Assembly: GCF_009914755.1 (NCBI RefSeq)
Contig: NC_060932.1
Origin: the human T2T-CHM13v2.0 reference genome, Homo sapiens
DNA length: 64,000 nucleotides
Direction: 5' to 3' (one strand)
Below the pieces are notes generated by a model, which was not told where the DNA came from, made no database searches, and saw only the letters and a list, made by a program, of their open reading frames with translations. Made by a program: the position numbers and the translations under genes. This document shows, one piece after another, positions 14,550 through 28,877 of this stretch (its first letter is position 1; every line of letters starts with the position of its first letter).

Positions 14550-15613
14550 ATAAAGGTGCTTCCATTTGGCAAATGACAGGGAAATTTGAAGATAAAAAAA
14601 AAGAAGAAATCCAATTAAGTAATTACATTGATTAGATAAAAATCTATGAGTTTATAATAATGCTCTACAAAAGGGAAAACAATCACTTCTCACTGGAGGT
14701 AACTAGAGTATCAGCTATTTATTCTAAAAATAAGCTATTGAAAAGTAAGCATATTTGATTTTTCTTCATCTACTATATTTCAGAATAAATTAACAGAACA
14801 AATTAACTGCTGTTGATAAGAGAAAGTCATTTTTCATAAAAATTCAATGAACAAATTTTTTTAATGACTTAATTTGGAAATCACTATAAATAATCACTGA
14901 TAAATATTGATTAGTGCAGAGATTATTAATGTTTGAAATTAAGTGAAAGGTTAATAGAGAATTCTGTCCATAAAACAGAAAACATACTGGTTATATTAAC
15001 AGAGATAACTTAATATAGGGAATTGGTTAAATATATATGTATTACAGGGCAAAAAGTGTTTCTGATATGGATGTGCATTTCCTTTCCTTGCCCACAGTGC
15101 TTCTGCCTGAACTAGTTATCAAAGACAATGTGCTCAGCTGCTATAGTCTTCATTTCTGTAACTGTTGATAATGCTGTCATTGATATTTGTATTTTCCTTC
15201 TTTCACTACCCATTCCATATTTTATTGCCTTAAGCTAGGACCTTAACTGATCAGGTTTATTAACTTTTAGGATAAACAAAATAATAATTCATGAAGTATC
15301 TTAATCATCAGTGGTCAGGAATATATGTATATCTATATCTACATAGTTATAGGAGTTTCTTAATTTTTTTCATTACTTCTTACCATCTAATTTCTACTCT
15401 TAGATATTAAAATACTAAATTTATCTCAAAATATTCCCTGGGTTCCAAACATAGATCAGGGAGTCAATATGAGCATCCCTCCAGTTGCTGAGTAGGTCTA
15501 TTACAAATATATTTATTAATTTATAAATATATAATTACTATGGAAGACAATCAAGTACTATGTCCATAGTTTTACTGAGCCTATAATATGTTGAAGTTGC
15601 TCCTAAATTCTAC

Positions 15614-15800
15614 TTTCTTTTTTTTTTCTCTATTTCTTATTTTTTTATTTTATTATTATTATACTTTAAGTTTTAGGGTTCATGTGCACAATGTGCAGGT
15701 TTGTTACATATGTATACATGTGCCATGTTGGTGTGCTACACCCATTAACTCGTCATTTATCATTAGGTATATCTCCTAATGCTATCCCTCCCTGCTCCCC
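15614..15800 (-). mobile_element. Short 3'-terminal L1PA (PA4/5-like) fragment
   Basis: Poly-T then ttatactttaagttttaggg...attaggtatatctcctaatgctatccctccc. Confidence 0.93.
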
Positions 15801-16953
15801 TAACTGACCACCTTAAACTCTCATTTTAATTAACAAAACATAATTATTCTAAAATCAATTCAAAGCAAACATCTGAGTATTTATTTTTTGTACCCAATAT
15901 GGCAAGTCTCTCTTGTAGTTGTGTTGTCACTTACCCTCTGTTTCTTTGCAATTCCACCATCATAATAGAATCAGGTGGCATTTTCCACTGCCATCCCCAA
16001 TCTAAAAAAAAAAAAAAAAAAACAAAAAGTAAAACCAAAAGACTTTCAAGAATACTGGTGATCCCCTCATTAATGTATCCCTCAAAAGCCTTAGTAAAGG
16101 GAGTGTCTTCTTGAGATATGATAGGTAATCTGTAAAAACGTGATGTTCATATACTATAAATACATACCCATATCAATATCTCTCGAAGCCTCTAAAATTC
16201 TCTCGCTGCATTATTTCAGGGTAGTTCTGACATTTAACTTCACTAAATGTAGGCCACTTTTGTGTTCAAGTTTCAGTCAATCAAACAAAGCATTATAGCT
16301 ACTTCCAGTTGTACAAACTAATGCACAAATGCATACCCCTAGTGGATAACCTAATATTTATGATTTTGTTCCATTGTATTTTTCTTCTTACTCTAGAAGT
16401 CATAGATTTTACTCATACATTTATCAAATGGGCTTCTGCTGATAATCATTTGGCGAGACAACACAATTCTGTTGGTGGCCATTTCTTCCTGAAGCTACTT
16501 CTCCTTCACCAAATTTGGTATTGTCTCCCTGAAATATACTGATGGGTGACTACAGTTATAGATCTAGAAGCCAGGAGAGGTGTTTGAGGTGGCTACAAGT
16601 ACACATGCTCTTGCAAGACCATTGACCCAGGTGTGTTTATTAAAAGATTTTCAGGCAAAAAATGAATGTTCTCTGCACACACAGAATGTTGTACTCATTC
16701 CACTAGCAAGGGATGTTCAGAATGGCTCAAGGGGTTAAGGCTCCAGCCTCATCTGAATTTATTCAGATAACCCAATTCAGGCTCTCAGGTTACAGCTCCT
16801 TGTCTATCAATGCGCCAATTCTCACTTCAGAGACTTAGGAAGGCCATGATTTCAATTTATAATTATGAAAGTATACAACTAAATTTTATAGCCCCGTGGC
16901 TATAAGAATTAGTAAATTCTCTTAGAGACACAGAAGGAACTCTGTAGTTGTCT

Positions 16954-17154
<201 letters not shown>

Positions 17155-19190
17155 TAGTTTTCTGACCATGACTGTTCTAAAGACAAGCTCACGCTTGTTC
17201 TTTCATTTCTGTCAGCTCTCTAATACGGGTAGAAGCAGCTGCCACATTAACAGTCCTGGTAGTTATAATTACTGCTTTAAAGACTACTTGTTCCTGCAAG
17301 GGACTCCTTCATTAAGCACTTCACCACAATCGACCAAACCTTATAAGTTGGTTACTCACAAGGCCATCAATTAATATTATGATTCTTCTCATTGGCAAGG
17401 AGCTTAGTACCAGATTCAAAGCTAGGGACATGAAAACGACAAAAGCAAATCAGTCTTCTGTCGTTGAGGATGTTTTCTAGGACTATTTATTTTATCAAGT
17501 AACTGTATTAGGCAGATTCTAGTTAGTAAACAGAAAGTTTCTAGTAAGTGAATCCAATAAAACAGTAAGATAAATTGGTTAAAAAGGTATGGGAGGAAGG
17601 AGATGAAGAAGAGGCATTGAAGTAGCACAGAGACAGTAACTGCAAGTGTCAGATAGAAGGGCAATGAAAAAGAGGGTTAGGGGTTTTAGAATCAGGGAGC
17701 TTGGAAGTGGTACCCAGACTCTATGGAGGAGGCACTGCCAAATGGTTACTAATACCTCAGAAGTTTGGAGAAGGGCTCTTAGGAAATTAAAACTAAAATT
17801 TCTGGAGAGAGGACGCAGCCCATCTGGTACTGCTGTCATAGAGCAGACACAACAAAGTTGGACCTGAGAGTCTCAAAAATAAAAGATAAAGAAAAATAAA
17901 GCTGGTTAGAGAGGCTAGTTGCTTCTGGAATCAACTTCTGTTTCATTGGCAAGGGACCATTTCTGGGAAGACACTAAAAGAAACAGCAAGCAAACAAGAA
18001 ATAGTCAAGGCATTTTCCCTTTTCTCTCTTGCTCTAGACCCCCTTATTAACAGAACCCGATAAAAAGCTAAATGACAAAAGTCAAGTGTGATTTTCAAAA
18101 TTTCTGCCCCAGCATCACAAAACTCAGTAGAGAGAAGTGGGTTTGAAGCTGAGAAACAATAGGTTAATGATGGGAAAAATAGTAAGTTTTTAATGGAGGC
18201 ATCAGGTTGTTACTACATTCACCAACTGATTGGTCTTAGCATCACTCAGACAGAAACACCAGATACTATGTGTCTCCCGAGGGACATAAGTGCAAAATAT
18301 ATAGTACCACATACAAAGCATTTTTGGCTCCAGCCAAATAGTAATAATGATAATGATAATAATAAGTAAACCTGAACCTAGTCAAGACTTGTGAGTTAAC
18401 TTTGTAAGAAATACAAGTGGTAGGGAAAGTAGCTAAATGACACCATGATGAAACCAACAGTTAAAACATAATGTGGATGGTTTTTTCAAGGTATGGAACA
18501 CAGTTATTGCAACAAATTAATCAAAAAAGAATTGTATAGAGAAAACATTTGGGGAACAGAACCTGTTTTACTTTAAGAAAATCATAACTTCAATGTTATG
18601 GATGAACTTTGTTTGAACCATGATTTGATTTGTATAAAACATTTTAAAATTTTAATTATTTTTAAAAATTGGTGTGGTTACATGATTTGAACTAATCAAC
18701 TATAAATATAGATATCACAAATATTAATATGGGCTGGATATTAGTTTATAATAATTATTTATTTTGAATTATGCTAAGTGGAAATTGCAGCATTGGTATG
18801 ATATAAGAAATATTTTCATTGTATTTTTAAAGGTATATACTAAGTCTGTAAAAGTAAAATAACATGAAATCTAGAATTTGTTTAAAATAGCTCAGAAAAA
18901 AAAGAGAAAGAGAATAGATGAAGCAAGAGTCGCAAATCTTAATAATACTAGAATCTGGTTAATAGTGTAGGATTTATTAAATTATCCTATTTTTGTTTGA
19001 AATTTTTAATAATAATGTTTACAATGTTTTTAGGTAACTTCCAAGTTCATGCTGAATTTAGTACACAATTTCATATAACTGCTATCCCAATTTCTTATTA
19101 AAAATCTTAAAAATATATTAAGAAAAGTAAAAAACCATCAATGAGACTACACATTGGAGATATAGCAAATGGGGAGATAACTTCCTCTAA

Positions 19191-19550
19191 GGTCCATACA
19201 TACCATGGAATACCATGCAGTCATAAAAAATGTCCTTTGGAGGGACATGGATGAAGCTGGAAACCATCATCCTCAGCAAACTAACACAGGAACAGAAAAC
19301 CAAACACCGCATGTCCTCACTCATAAGTGGGAGTTGAACAATGAGAACATATGGACACAGGGAGGGGAACATCACACACCAGGGCCTGCCAGGGGGTGGG
19401 GGGCTAGGGAAGGGATACCATTAGGAGAAATATCTAATGTAGATGACGGGTTGATGGGTGTAGCCAACCATCATGGCACCTGTATACCTATGTAACAAAC
19501 CTGCACGTTCTACACATATATCCCAGAACTTAAAGTTTAATTTAAAAAAA
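19191..19550 (+). mobile_element. L1PA7/8-like 3'-end fragment
   Basis: gggacatggatgaagctggaaaccatc...aacaaacctgcacgttct...cccagaacttaaagt followed by an A tail. Confidence 0.92.
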
Positions 19551-21299
19551 TTAGTACAGCTGTTTGAAAAAACACAACCAAATGTACCTGAAAGATTCAA
19601 GGGCGACAGTTAATATATACGGTCATTTTAGATTGCTTCCACTAATATTGGTTTATCCATATTATAAAATATTTTAGTGAGTATAAAATTGTCTGCATTC
19701 ATAAAGATGCATAAAATTAACTACAGAACCAGCTTGAGTAATGCTTTTCTCTTCTTTTCTTCTTGTCAATCAGATATTATCTTTATACATTGTTTTAGAG
19801 TATACATCTATCAAAATGCAACATTGTTGAAGGATATGTAATTTATACAGCAAACGTGTAATGGATAAAAATGTGCAAAAACAATCCTTAAAGTATTGTA
19901 TTTGAACAAAAACAATCTTAAACCACATAATCTGAAAAAAAGGGGTACATATTTTACCAAATATACTAATCCATACAAGACTGCTTGAGAAAAAGAATAT
20001 GCCACCTCAGAGGAGAAAATGTTGTAGGTAATACTGGCTAAGGACGATGCATATTTACCTGTCTATACAGTGTCATTTTGAGAAAAAACCTGCCAATAGC
20101 TAAAGGGTTACTAGGAGCAATGTAGGGCGTTTACAACAATTCTGAGTAACCCCCTTCTTTATGCATGAATATACAGGAGAAAAAGGACATATCTGGGCAA
20201 AAATTCTGCAGCATAAACCAAATACATCCTTTTCATGAGACTCTGAGGAAATGCATTTCTCTGAATTTTCATTACTATGGATAGCAGAAAGAAAGTTTAG
20301 ACAGTTTCTATTTGGTATCAGGAAGACACAGATTTTAAAAAAAAAAATCTAATAGATATGGAGAGAACAGAGACTCAACTACAAATACTAAGCAATACAT
20401 AAAAATAAATTAGAATAAAAGTGTGAGAAACAATAACCAAACATGCAATGAATGCTTTAGTAGGAGAAAGAAAAGGTTCGTTTTCAATATGAAGTAACTC
20501 ACCCTGTTCTATTCACATGGTGCCCTGGGACAACTGTACTGAGAGCATAGAGTCACCGTAGATGACATCTTTCAAAAAGCGCTTACTTCATTGCAGACAC
20601 ACATTAGCTACCTCAAGACAAGCAGCAACAGCACTGGTCTTGATTGTAGAGACCATTACAATTATTATGGAGAACCATCTTAATGCTCATCAGCAACACT
20701 TCACGACAGAAAGGAGCAGTAAAAGAATGGCAGCTGCAGAATGATATAAACCAGAGCCGATTTTTCCAGCCACAGACAGTACTTCTGGCTGAAATTTGTG
20801 CCTCTGGTTGTTTGGACAAAATAAGACAGAACAACGTGCAGGAAAGAGAGTCAAACTGCCCATATGGCAAGTGGACATTTAAACAGATATAAGTTTAATG
20901 TGGAGAGTCCAAAGAGCTGCAATCTTTCTCAAAATATGATTATAGAACAGTCCATAAAAGTTCATAATATTACACATTGGGATGGAACCAGGCCATTTAC
21001 TTTTGCTTTGTTTTGTTATTAATTTTTAGATATTTTGGAATCTTAGTATGTTTTTGAGTATATTTAAAAGTAATTGCAGGTTGGTAAAGCTACTAATTAG
21101 ATCTTTACATTCTAATGCAGTACAGAAGGCAAACATTAAACAAATAAAATCCAGAAAACAAAGGAAACATCAAGGAAGCACTTAAAATGGAAATAGAACC
21201 AAAGCATAGAACGTGACAGAAATGCAGGTAATTGCATAATTTATAACAATGATAGTCAGTCAAACTATAAACATATACTGCTTTAAATAGCACCTAAAA

Positions 21300-21850
21300 T
21301 AAAACGACTTACAAGGTCTGAAAACTGCAGTGGGAAGTGATAACAAAACAAATGCAAACAGAAAGAAAATGAGGTTAAAATAAAAATAGGATAATAAAAT
21401 GTCAAGTCAAAAGGATTAGTGAAGCAAAGAAAGTTATTTTTTAGCAGTGAACACTGAACATTTATATATGAAATAAATAAATATAATTTATTTAGAATAT
21501 GATATTATTGAACTTATATGTGCTATACATGCCACTGCATCACCATTATAAAATAGAGAAATAGCAAGAGAAATTAGTGTAAGTTCAAATTTTCTGGGGA
21601 AATATTAACATCATACACTTACATTACTATAGACCTCCTGGAAAAAATCTAATTCAAGAAAAAGATATGAATCATGTAATTTTTAAGGTGTAACACATAT
21701 ACATCAAACTTTATAACTAATAAGCCATGCTTCTAAGTGTTTAGAAACAGTTACAAATCTATTACACACTAGATAATAGACAACATTTTAATTAATTTGA
21801 ACAGTTATAAATTGTAGGGGTCATCTTTTCTGAAAACAAAAATACAATAA
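21300..21850 (+). mobile_element. Ancient L1M ORF2 (endonuclease region) relic
   Basis: A-rich strand with aaatgcaaacagaaagaaa and ttgaacttatatgtgc resembling L1 EN motifs; highly diverged. Confidence 0.4.
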
Positions 21851-22194
21851 GACTTACTAACTCTGCAAGAGTTTTTAGAAAGGGGATGCCATTAGTAAAT
21901 GTTAACACATGCAACTTATTTAGGAGACTAGCTCAAAAGGTTTTAAATTTTAAAAATTCATTGCTTATATCAATTTACTAAATGCCTCAAAGTCAAATCT
22001 TCATGGTAAATTCTACACTTTGGTTTTTATGTGTCTGCCCTTATCAAATAGAGTTATTAGTGCCTATTCTAATTTGTTTTCAATGCTTGTTTTCTAACAT
22101 ATTTGTTATCTTTCATCCCAAATAAGTAAACTTATAATCATATCGTCAGGACTATTTTATATCTGTTATCCACATGTTCCTGTCTGCATTTATA

Positions 22195-22600
22195 GATTTA
22201 TTCATCGAACATGTAGCAAGTGCGCATTCTTATCAGGTACTGTGCTAAATGTTTCATTAAAGAAACGAGTAGAACAAAGGCTGATGCAAGAGATGCAGAA
22301 TGGAATCCACAATTGCAATATCACCCTAAAAATATGATGACAGAAGTGTATACACCGAGTCTTGTGGGATTTAAGATATTATCTAACAGAATTGTGAACC
22401 AGCTCTCATGGGCTTAGGGGGGTGAGAAAAATGACAATGAAGAAACAATGCATAAATTGAGTGTTAAAAAGCAAGAAGGAGTCACTCAGCTTTGGAAAAG
22501 GAATTAGACATAGAAAGAAATGTATGTTCAAAAGCAGGGATGTTAGTTAACAAGACACGATTACCACACTCAAGCATGGGGTGCCTATGGGAGAGCATCA
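22195..22600 (-). mobile_element. L2 fragment
   Basis: atttattcatcgaacat...tatcaggtactgtgctaaatg, the L2 3'-end signature. Confidence 0.5.
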
Positions 22601-23694
22601 ATTAATAAAACTTGATGAAAACTTTTGGGGAACACTCTTGTTTATACCCAACCTTATATACTTTGGGGTATAAAGTAGACACTTAACAATTCTTTCAGTG
22701 AAACTATTTATATGATCAGATTATAAGATTTTTGTTTCAAATAATAATACAGGCATACTTCAAAGATATTGCAGGCTCAGTTCCAGATCACCTCAATAAA
22801 GTGAATGTCAGAATAAAGCAAGTCACACAAATTTGTTGCTGTCTCAGTGCATATAAAAGTTATATTTATACTGTAGTCTATTAAGTGTTAAATAGAATTA
22901 TGTTTAAAAACAGACACACCTAAGTTTAAAAATCCTTTATAGGTAAAGAATGTTAACGATCATCAGAGCTTACAGTGAGTCATAAGTTTTTTAGTGGTGG
23001 AGGGTCTTGCCTTGATATTAATGCCTGATGACTGATCATGGTGGTGGTTGCTGAAACTGTGGAAGTTCCTTAAGGTAAGACAACAATGAAGTTTGCCAAA
23101 TTAATTGATCCTTTCTTTCATGAAAGATTATTCCATACCATGGGATGCTGTTTTGATAGCATATTGCTGAGAGCAGAACTTCTTTCAGAGTTGAAGTTAA
23201 GCCTCACTCTACCACTGCTTTATCAACTAAGTTTATGGAATATTCTAAATCCTTTGTGGTCATTTCAACAAAATTTGCAGCATTTTCACCAGGAAGATAT
23301 TCTATCTCAAGAAATTACTATATTGCTCATCTACAAGAAGCAACTCCTCTTCTATTAAAGTTTTATCATGAGATTTTAGCCATGCAGTCTAATCTCCAGG
23401 CACAACTTCTAATTCTAGATCTCTTTCTATCACATGCGCAGTTACTTCCTCCACTGGAGTCTTGAACCCTTCAAAGTCATCCATAAGGTAGAAATCAACT
23501 TCTTCCAAGCTCCTGTTAATGTTATTTTGACTTCCTCTCATGAATCAAAAATGTTATTACTGGCATGTAGAAAGGTGAATGCTTTACAGAAGGTTTTTGT
23601 TTGACTTCCCCAGATCCATCAGAGGAATCACTATCTATGGCAACTGTAGACTTACAAAACATATTTCTTAAATAATAAGACTAGAAATTCAAAA

Positions 23695-23910
23695 TTACTC
23701 CTTGGGCTTTAGAATGGAAGTTGTGATAGCGGGCCTGATAACAGCATTTATCTCTTTGTACATCTCCATCAGAGTTATTGGGTGACCAGGTGCGTTGTTA
23801 ATGACCAGTGATGTTTTAAAAGGAATCATTTTTCCTGAGAAGTAATTCTCAACAATAGGTTTGAACCAGTCTGTAAGAGATGTTGTGTCATCCAGGCTTT
23901 GTTGTTCCAT
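23695..23910 (-). pseudogene. Tigger1 DDE transposase fragment
   Basis: FKTSLVINNAPGHP...TTSILKP corresponds to the pogo/Tigger LLIDNAPGHP...LQPMD motif, with the catalytic D replaced by N. Confidence 0.8.
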
Positions 23911-23948
23911 GTGTGCAGCACAGGCAGCATAGACTGAACAAAATTCCT

Positions 23949-24077
23949 ATTTATTTTTTTTTATAGAGGTACTCACTATGTTACCCAGGCTGTTCTTAAA
24001 CTCCTGAGCTCAGTCTATCCTCCTGCTTCAGCCTTGTGAGTAGCTGGGATTATAGGCACGCACCACAATTCCCAACT
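23949..24077 (-). mobile_element. FLAM (free left Alu monomer) inserted in Tigger1
   Basis: ctcactatgttacccaggctg...ctcctgagctcag; degenerate TSD tagactgaacaaaattcct (23930-23948) / tagattgagcataattctt (24080-24098). Confidence 0.85.
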
Positions 24078-25032
24078 TTTAGATTGAGCATAATTCTTAA
24101 TTGACCTAGGATTTTGGGAATAGTAAATAAGCACTGGTTTCAACTTAAAGTGACTGGCTGCATTCATTGCTAACAAGAGAGTCAGCTTTTATTTTGTACC
24201 CTTGAAGCCAGGCCTTGACTTTTCTTCTCTAGCTAGGAAAGTCCTGAATGACATCTTCTTCCAATATAAGACTGTTTCATCTACACTAAAAATCTATTGT
24301 TTAGTGTGGCCACCACCTTCACCAGTGATCTTAGCTAGATCTTCTGGATACTTGCTGCAGCATCTACATCAGCACTTGCTGTTTCACCTTGCACTTTTAG
24401 GTTATATAAACAGCTTATTTCCTTAAACCTCATGAACAAACCTCTGCCAGCTTCAAACTTTTCTTCTACAGCTTCCTCACCTTTCTCAGACTTCATAGCA
24501 TTGAAGAGAGTTACAGCCTTTCTCTGGATTAGGCCTCAATGTAAGAGAATGTCATGGCTGGTTTGATCTCCTATCCAGACCACTATAGTTTTCTACATAT
24601 TAGCAATAGGGCTGTTTCACTTTCTTATCTTTTTTGCGGTCTATCATTTTGTGAAATTGGCACTTTTAATTTCTTTCAAGAACCTTTTCTTTGCATTCAC
24701 AATTTGGTTAACTGGTTCAAGAAGCCTAGATTTCAACCTATGTCAATCTTCAACATGCCTTCCACATTAAGTTTAATAATTTTTAGATTTCGATTTAAAA
24801 TGAAAGACATGCAACCCTTCATTTCACTGAAACACTTACAGGTATTAGTAGGGGTATTCATTGGTCTGCTTTCAATATTATTGTGTCCCAGGGAATAGAG
24901 AGGCCCAAAGAGAGGAAGAAAGATGGTAGGAATGGTGGTCACTAGGGCAGCCAGACATACTACATTTATCAATTACATTTGCTGTCTTGTATGAGTCAGA
25001 TTCATGGCATCCCCCAAAAATTACAATGGTGA

Positions 25033-25888
25033 TGAAATGGGAAAGGTTCCCTTGCCCCACTCACAGGGTGTGCAATGGGGGTATGGCTCACTTCTCCAGT
25101 GCCCTACTGCTCCAACCTCTAGGGAAGCATACAGGTGGGCAGGCTGTGGGGTTCTGACCCCACGACAGTGTCTAGGGGTGAATGTTTACAGCTGAAGCCC
25201 CACGGGGTGTGTGTTACAGGGTGCTCTTTTAGTTTGCTGTCTATAGATGTCTTGTGTTAACCAGCTCAATTAGACCCCCTTTCTTATCACAAGGACAGAG
25301 GGATTTCTGTATCCCAGGGTTTCTTGCTTTGGTGTACTGGAAGAATTGGATCACACATGGGCTTGGAGAATGAGTGAAAGGTTTTATTGAGTGCAAGTAG
25401 CTCTCAGCCGATGGGGGAGCCAGAAGGGAGATGGTCTTCCCTTGGAGTTGGGCCATTCACTGGCCAAGTCTCTCCTCCGACTGCCCTGGCCAAACTCCGC
25501 CTTGTTCTACTGGTTGATGGCCTGCCAGCATGCTGGTGCCTGGCAGTGTGCTCTTCTGCTGGTGTGTTCCTCTCCAGGTCCTCTCAACAACCATTTGAGT
25601 CTTCTTCTGCCGATGTGATCCTCTCAACATCTGACCGCCTGTGGCTGCCTGCTAGGGTCTCCAGGGTTTTTACAGGCACAGCTTAGGGGTGCAGCAGGCC
25701 AGGGTGGTCTTAGAAAATGCAACATTTGGGCAGAAAATGCCTGTCCTCACCCAGGTCCATGGGGATGGAGCCCTAGCCAAGGACCACCATGCCCTCTTCT
25801 ACCCAGCACTTCCCTTCCTCCCTTCCCCCTTTTCGTATCATTTAAAGAGACCACACTCTTCCCTTCCCAGCACTTCCCTTCCGTATTA
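25033..25888 (-). mobile_element. ERV1-class solo LTR (LTR9-like) inserted in Tigger1
   Basis: GC-rich 856-bp insert starting tgaaatgggaaaggttccc; 4-bp TSD GTGA at 25029-25032 and 25889-25892; minus-strand AATAAA at ~25384-25389. Family name is recalled, not searched. Confidence 0.8.
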
Positions 25889-26204
25889 GTGACACTAAAT
25901 CACTGATCACAAATCACCATAACAGATTTAATAATAATAAAAAAGTGTGAAGTACTGCAATAATTACCACAATGTGACACAGAAACACAAAGTGAGCACA
26001 TAGAAAAATAGTGCCAATAGACTTGCTTGATGCAGGATTGCCACAAACCTTCAATTTGTAAAAAAACTCAGTATCTGTAAAGCACAATAAAGCAAAGCCC
26101 AATAAAATGAAGTATGCCTGTAATAATTTTTAATATCATTCAACATTTATTATGAGTTCATGTCACATTTTTACTTTTGATTTTTCCAATTTCTTGTTCA
26201 CCTA

Positions 26205-26460
26205 TGTATTCAGTTACTTATTCAATCATTCATTTATTAAGCAATTTATGAAGTGCTGTCTATAAAACAAGAATTGAGCTAAGCTTTAATTATTCAACTG
26301 TGAACATGAACATTTTTCCAGTATTCTCTGTAAGTCTTAGTCTAGTCATTCATTGTCTGCATGTTTCCAAAATAATTGTAAACACAACATAGTTCATAGC
26401 AGTACAACTCGTGAGGTAAACAGTATAGTCAGTGAAGAAAATAAATGTTAAATAAACATT
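26205..26460 (-). mobile_element. L2 fragment
   Basis: ttattcaatcattcatttattaagcaatttatgaagtgc, an L2 tail signature. Confidence 0.5.
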
Positions 26461-28829
26461 ATTAGAACATGTGAGAAAAACATCTCTCTGAATTTTCATA
26501 TTTCTTTCTAGTTATGTATCAGTTGACTATGTCTAAATTACCATGTTAATAAAATACCTTTCTTCTCTTTATATTAATTATGAAATATCAATATTTTCTC
26601 ATGACTCTATGTACTCACATTATTTAACCAACAGAACATATTTTGGTTAAGTAAGATTTTTTGGTGTTGTTTCTGAGGCAAAACATTCAACCATGTACCA
26701 TTTCCCACCCCACTCAGTGCATTCATTTCTTATTAGATAGAAGATGGTGTCTAAGCAAAGCCTCTTTACATCTGGAGAGGCACAGAAGCAGAATTGTAAC
26801 AGTAACAAATTCTATAGAAGACAGACTTCAATATATCCAGAAGACAAAGGACCACAGCTCAGGAAAAGCTTTAATTTCCCTACCTCAATAGTACATATAA
26901 TGAAATTGATAAAAATATCATCACCATAAACAAAAAAAGTACATATTAAAAATTCGATCTCACAGTGCTCATAAGCAACTCCTTGCTTTCCCAAACTACC
27001 AAGTTATTAAAACGTAAATTACCCTGATTTTTTTTTGTAATCAATATTTTTGGATATATATTTAGCTTTCACTTGTAAAATGATGAATAATAGTTATATA
27101 TGTATTTATGGGGTATAATGTGAGGCATATATGTTACACACACACACACACATTGTAAAAAAGGCAGTCAGAATAATCTTTCATCTCCAAGTATTCTGTG
27201 CCTTTTAATGTGATAGAAAGAAATAAAGAAAGAGCAACCACTTTCTGTTACTCAGAGAAGCTTTACCCTGAGATTAATAGTAGGTGTAGTATACTAAAAT
27301 TGCTTTGCCAGATGACTAACCACCTCCTGCTTTCCATTTGGAAGGTATACATGCCAGATGTGGTGAAACTTTGTCCACGGCACATGGCATTGAAAATTGT
27401 AAGCAAACCCAAAGGAAAATATTAAGATCCAATTCATAACTAAGCCCTAAAGAATACTGTTGTTTATTCCTTCTCCCTTTCCTCAGTATTTTCCATAAAT
27501 AATTTAAAGATCAAGGTTTTCAGTAATTTCCCAAAGATGTTAGGATTATTTGAGTCTCTCAAATAAGAGGTGTCCACAAAAGATATATTTTTAATTGTGA
27601 AAGTGTATCAAAAGGGGTCAAAATTTGCTCTCTCTATCCTGGGAAATGAGACTTTTCTCTAATATTTAGCCAATGTGCTGAATATCACCAATAATGCAGC
27701 CAAAAAATGTCACTGTCAAGGAAGGGACTGGGGAGAAAAGAGGAGAGAGAGAGAGACAAAGATAGACTAAGTTGCATATCACCAATCAAACATTGTTCAA
27801 TTTTTCTACCTTGGAATTGTCAAAACTATGGTACAATGACTGCTTAGGTATAAAAATAATTTCTTTTGCTATGCTTCGTTTATTAGTGTTTTATCGTTTC
27901 TAGGTCGTAATTTTTTGTTATTGTTTTTATAACTGTTAAATGTCCACTCAATATTAAGATGGCATTAGTGATATATTCAGTGGTTACAGGTAATCAAGTA
28001 AAATGTAAATTAAAATAGAAAGTAGAAAATATTCAAAACAAATTTTAGCCTATGTATCGTGGAAATGGCATTATCTTAGAATCTCTGTGGCCAATGTCCA
28101 CTGACCTGTAATGTTAGTGTGCAACTCTGTGTAACATTTCCTAAAAAACTTAACCCCATCAGAAATCTTGGGGTAGTGGGAGCTTAATTGTCTACTGGAC
28201 ATCTGATATCTTTCACCTGCTCATAATGCTGTCATGATGCTTTTCTTTTAAAACAGCAAGAAGGAGAGAAAAAGAAAATCAGCCTGAAGTATATGTCGGC
28301 AAGAATCCTTAATGTCCGTTTCAAAAGTCACAGATTACAGTTTAAAATGGAAATCCCTTTTGAACAAAGAAGGAAAGGTTATGAGAAAATACAGTTTGAC
28401 TTTATTGATGAACAAGCCAGCTCTGATTGCATCAGTCCTGTAGCTCCCCCACATGCACCACTTGGATATTGCCTAAACCTCTGGAAATGCAAGAGAGGAG
28501 CTTCAGCCATAGCTCTTCCTGCTGCTGCTGCTAAGAGAACCCATCTTGACAAGCATCACACCCAACCTCTGTTTTTCTCATTTAACATACTTTATAGACT
28601 GCTCGTCAGGTGGCCTCTCTGTGGTTTGCTCAGCTAATCCTAGAAACATGTAAGAGTCATACAGATTATAATTTAAGAAAAGTAAATAAAGTCAATTGAC
28701 CACTGATTGTTCTTTCTTCTTATCCCAGTATCTAGTAAGAGCATCCAAGTATAATGATTGTGAACTCAAATAATTTGTTTCACTGCAATTTATCTTTGCT
28801 AGTAATAAAGTTAGTGGTTTCAGCTTTAG

Positions 28830-28833
<4 letters not shown>

Positions 28834-28872
<39 letters not shown>

Positions 28873-28877
28873 TTCTC
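28834..28877. repeat. (CT)n microsatellite
   Basis: Read directly. Confidence 0.95.

Larger units (their letters stand above)
22750..26120 (-). mobile_element. Near full-length Tigger1 DNA transposon (TcMar) with two nested insertions
   Basis: Perfect 13-bp TIRs caggcatacttca / tgaagtatgcctg with TA TSDs; about 2.37 kb remains after removing the inserts; transposase remnant present. Confidence 0.93.

Noticed and set aside
28293-28637. 114-aa ATG ORF preceded by an acceptor-like tttaaaacag
   Set aside because: No domain similarity and no convincing donor; cannot be supported without conservation data.
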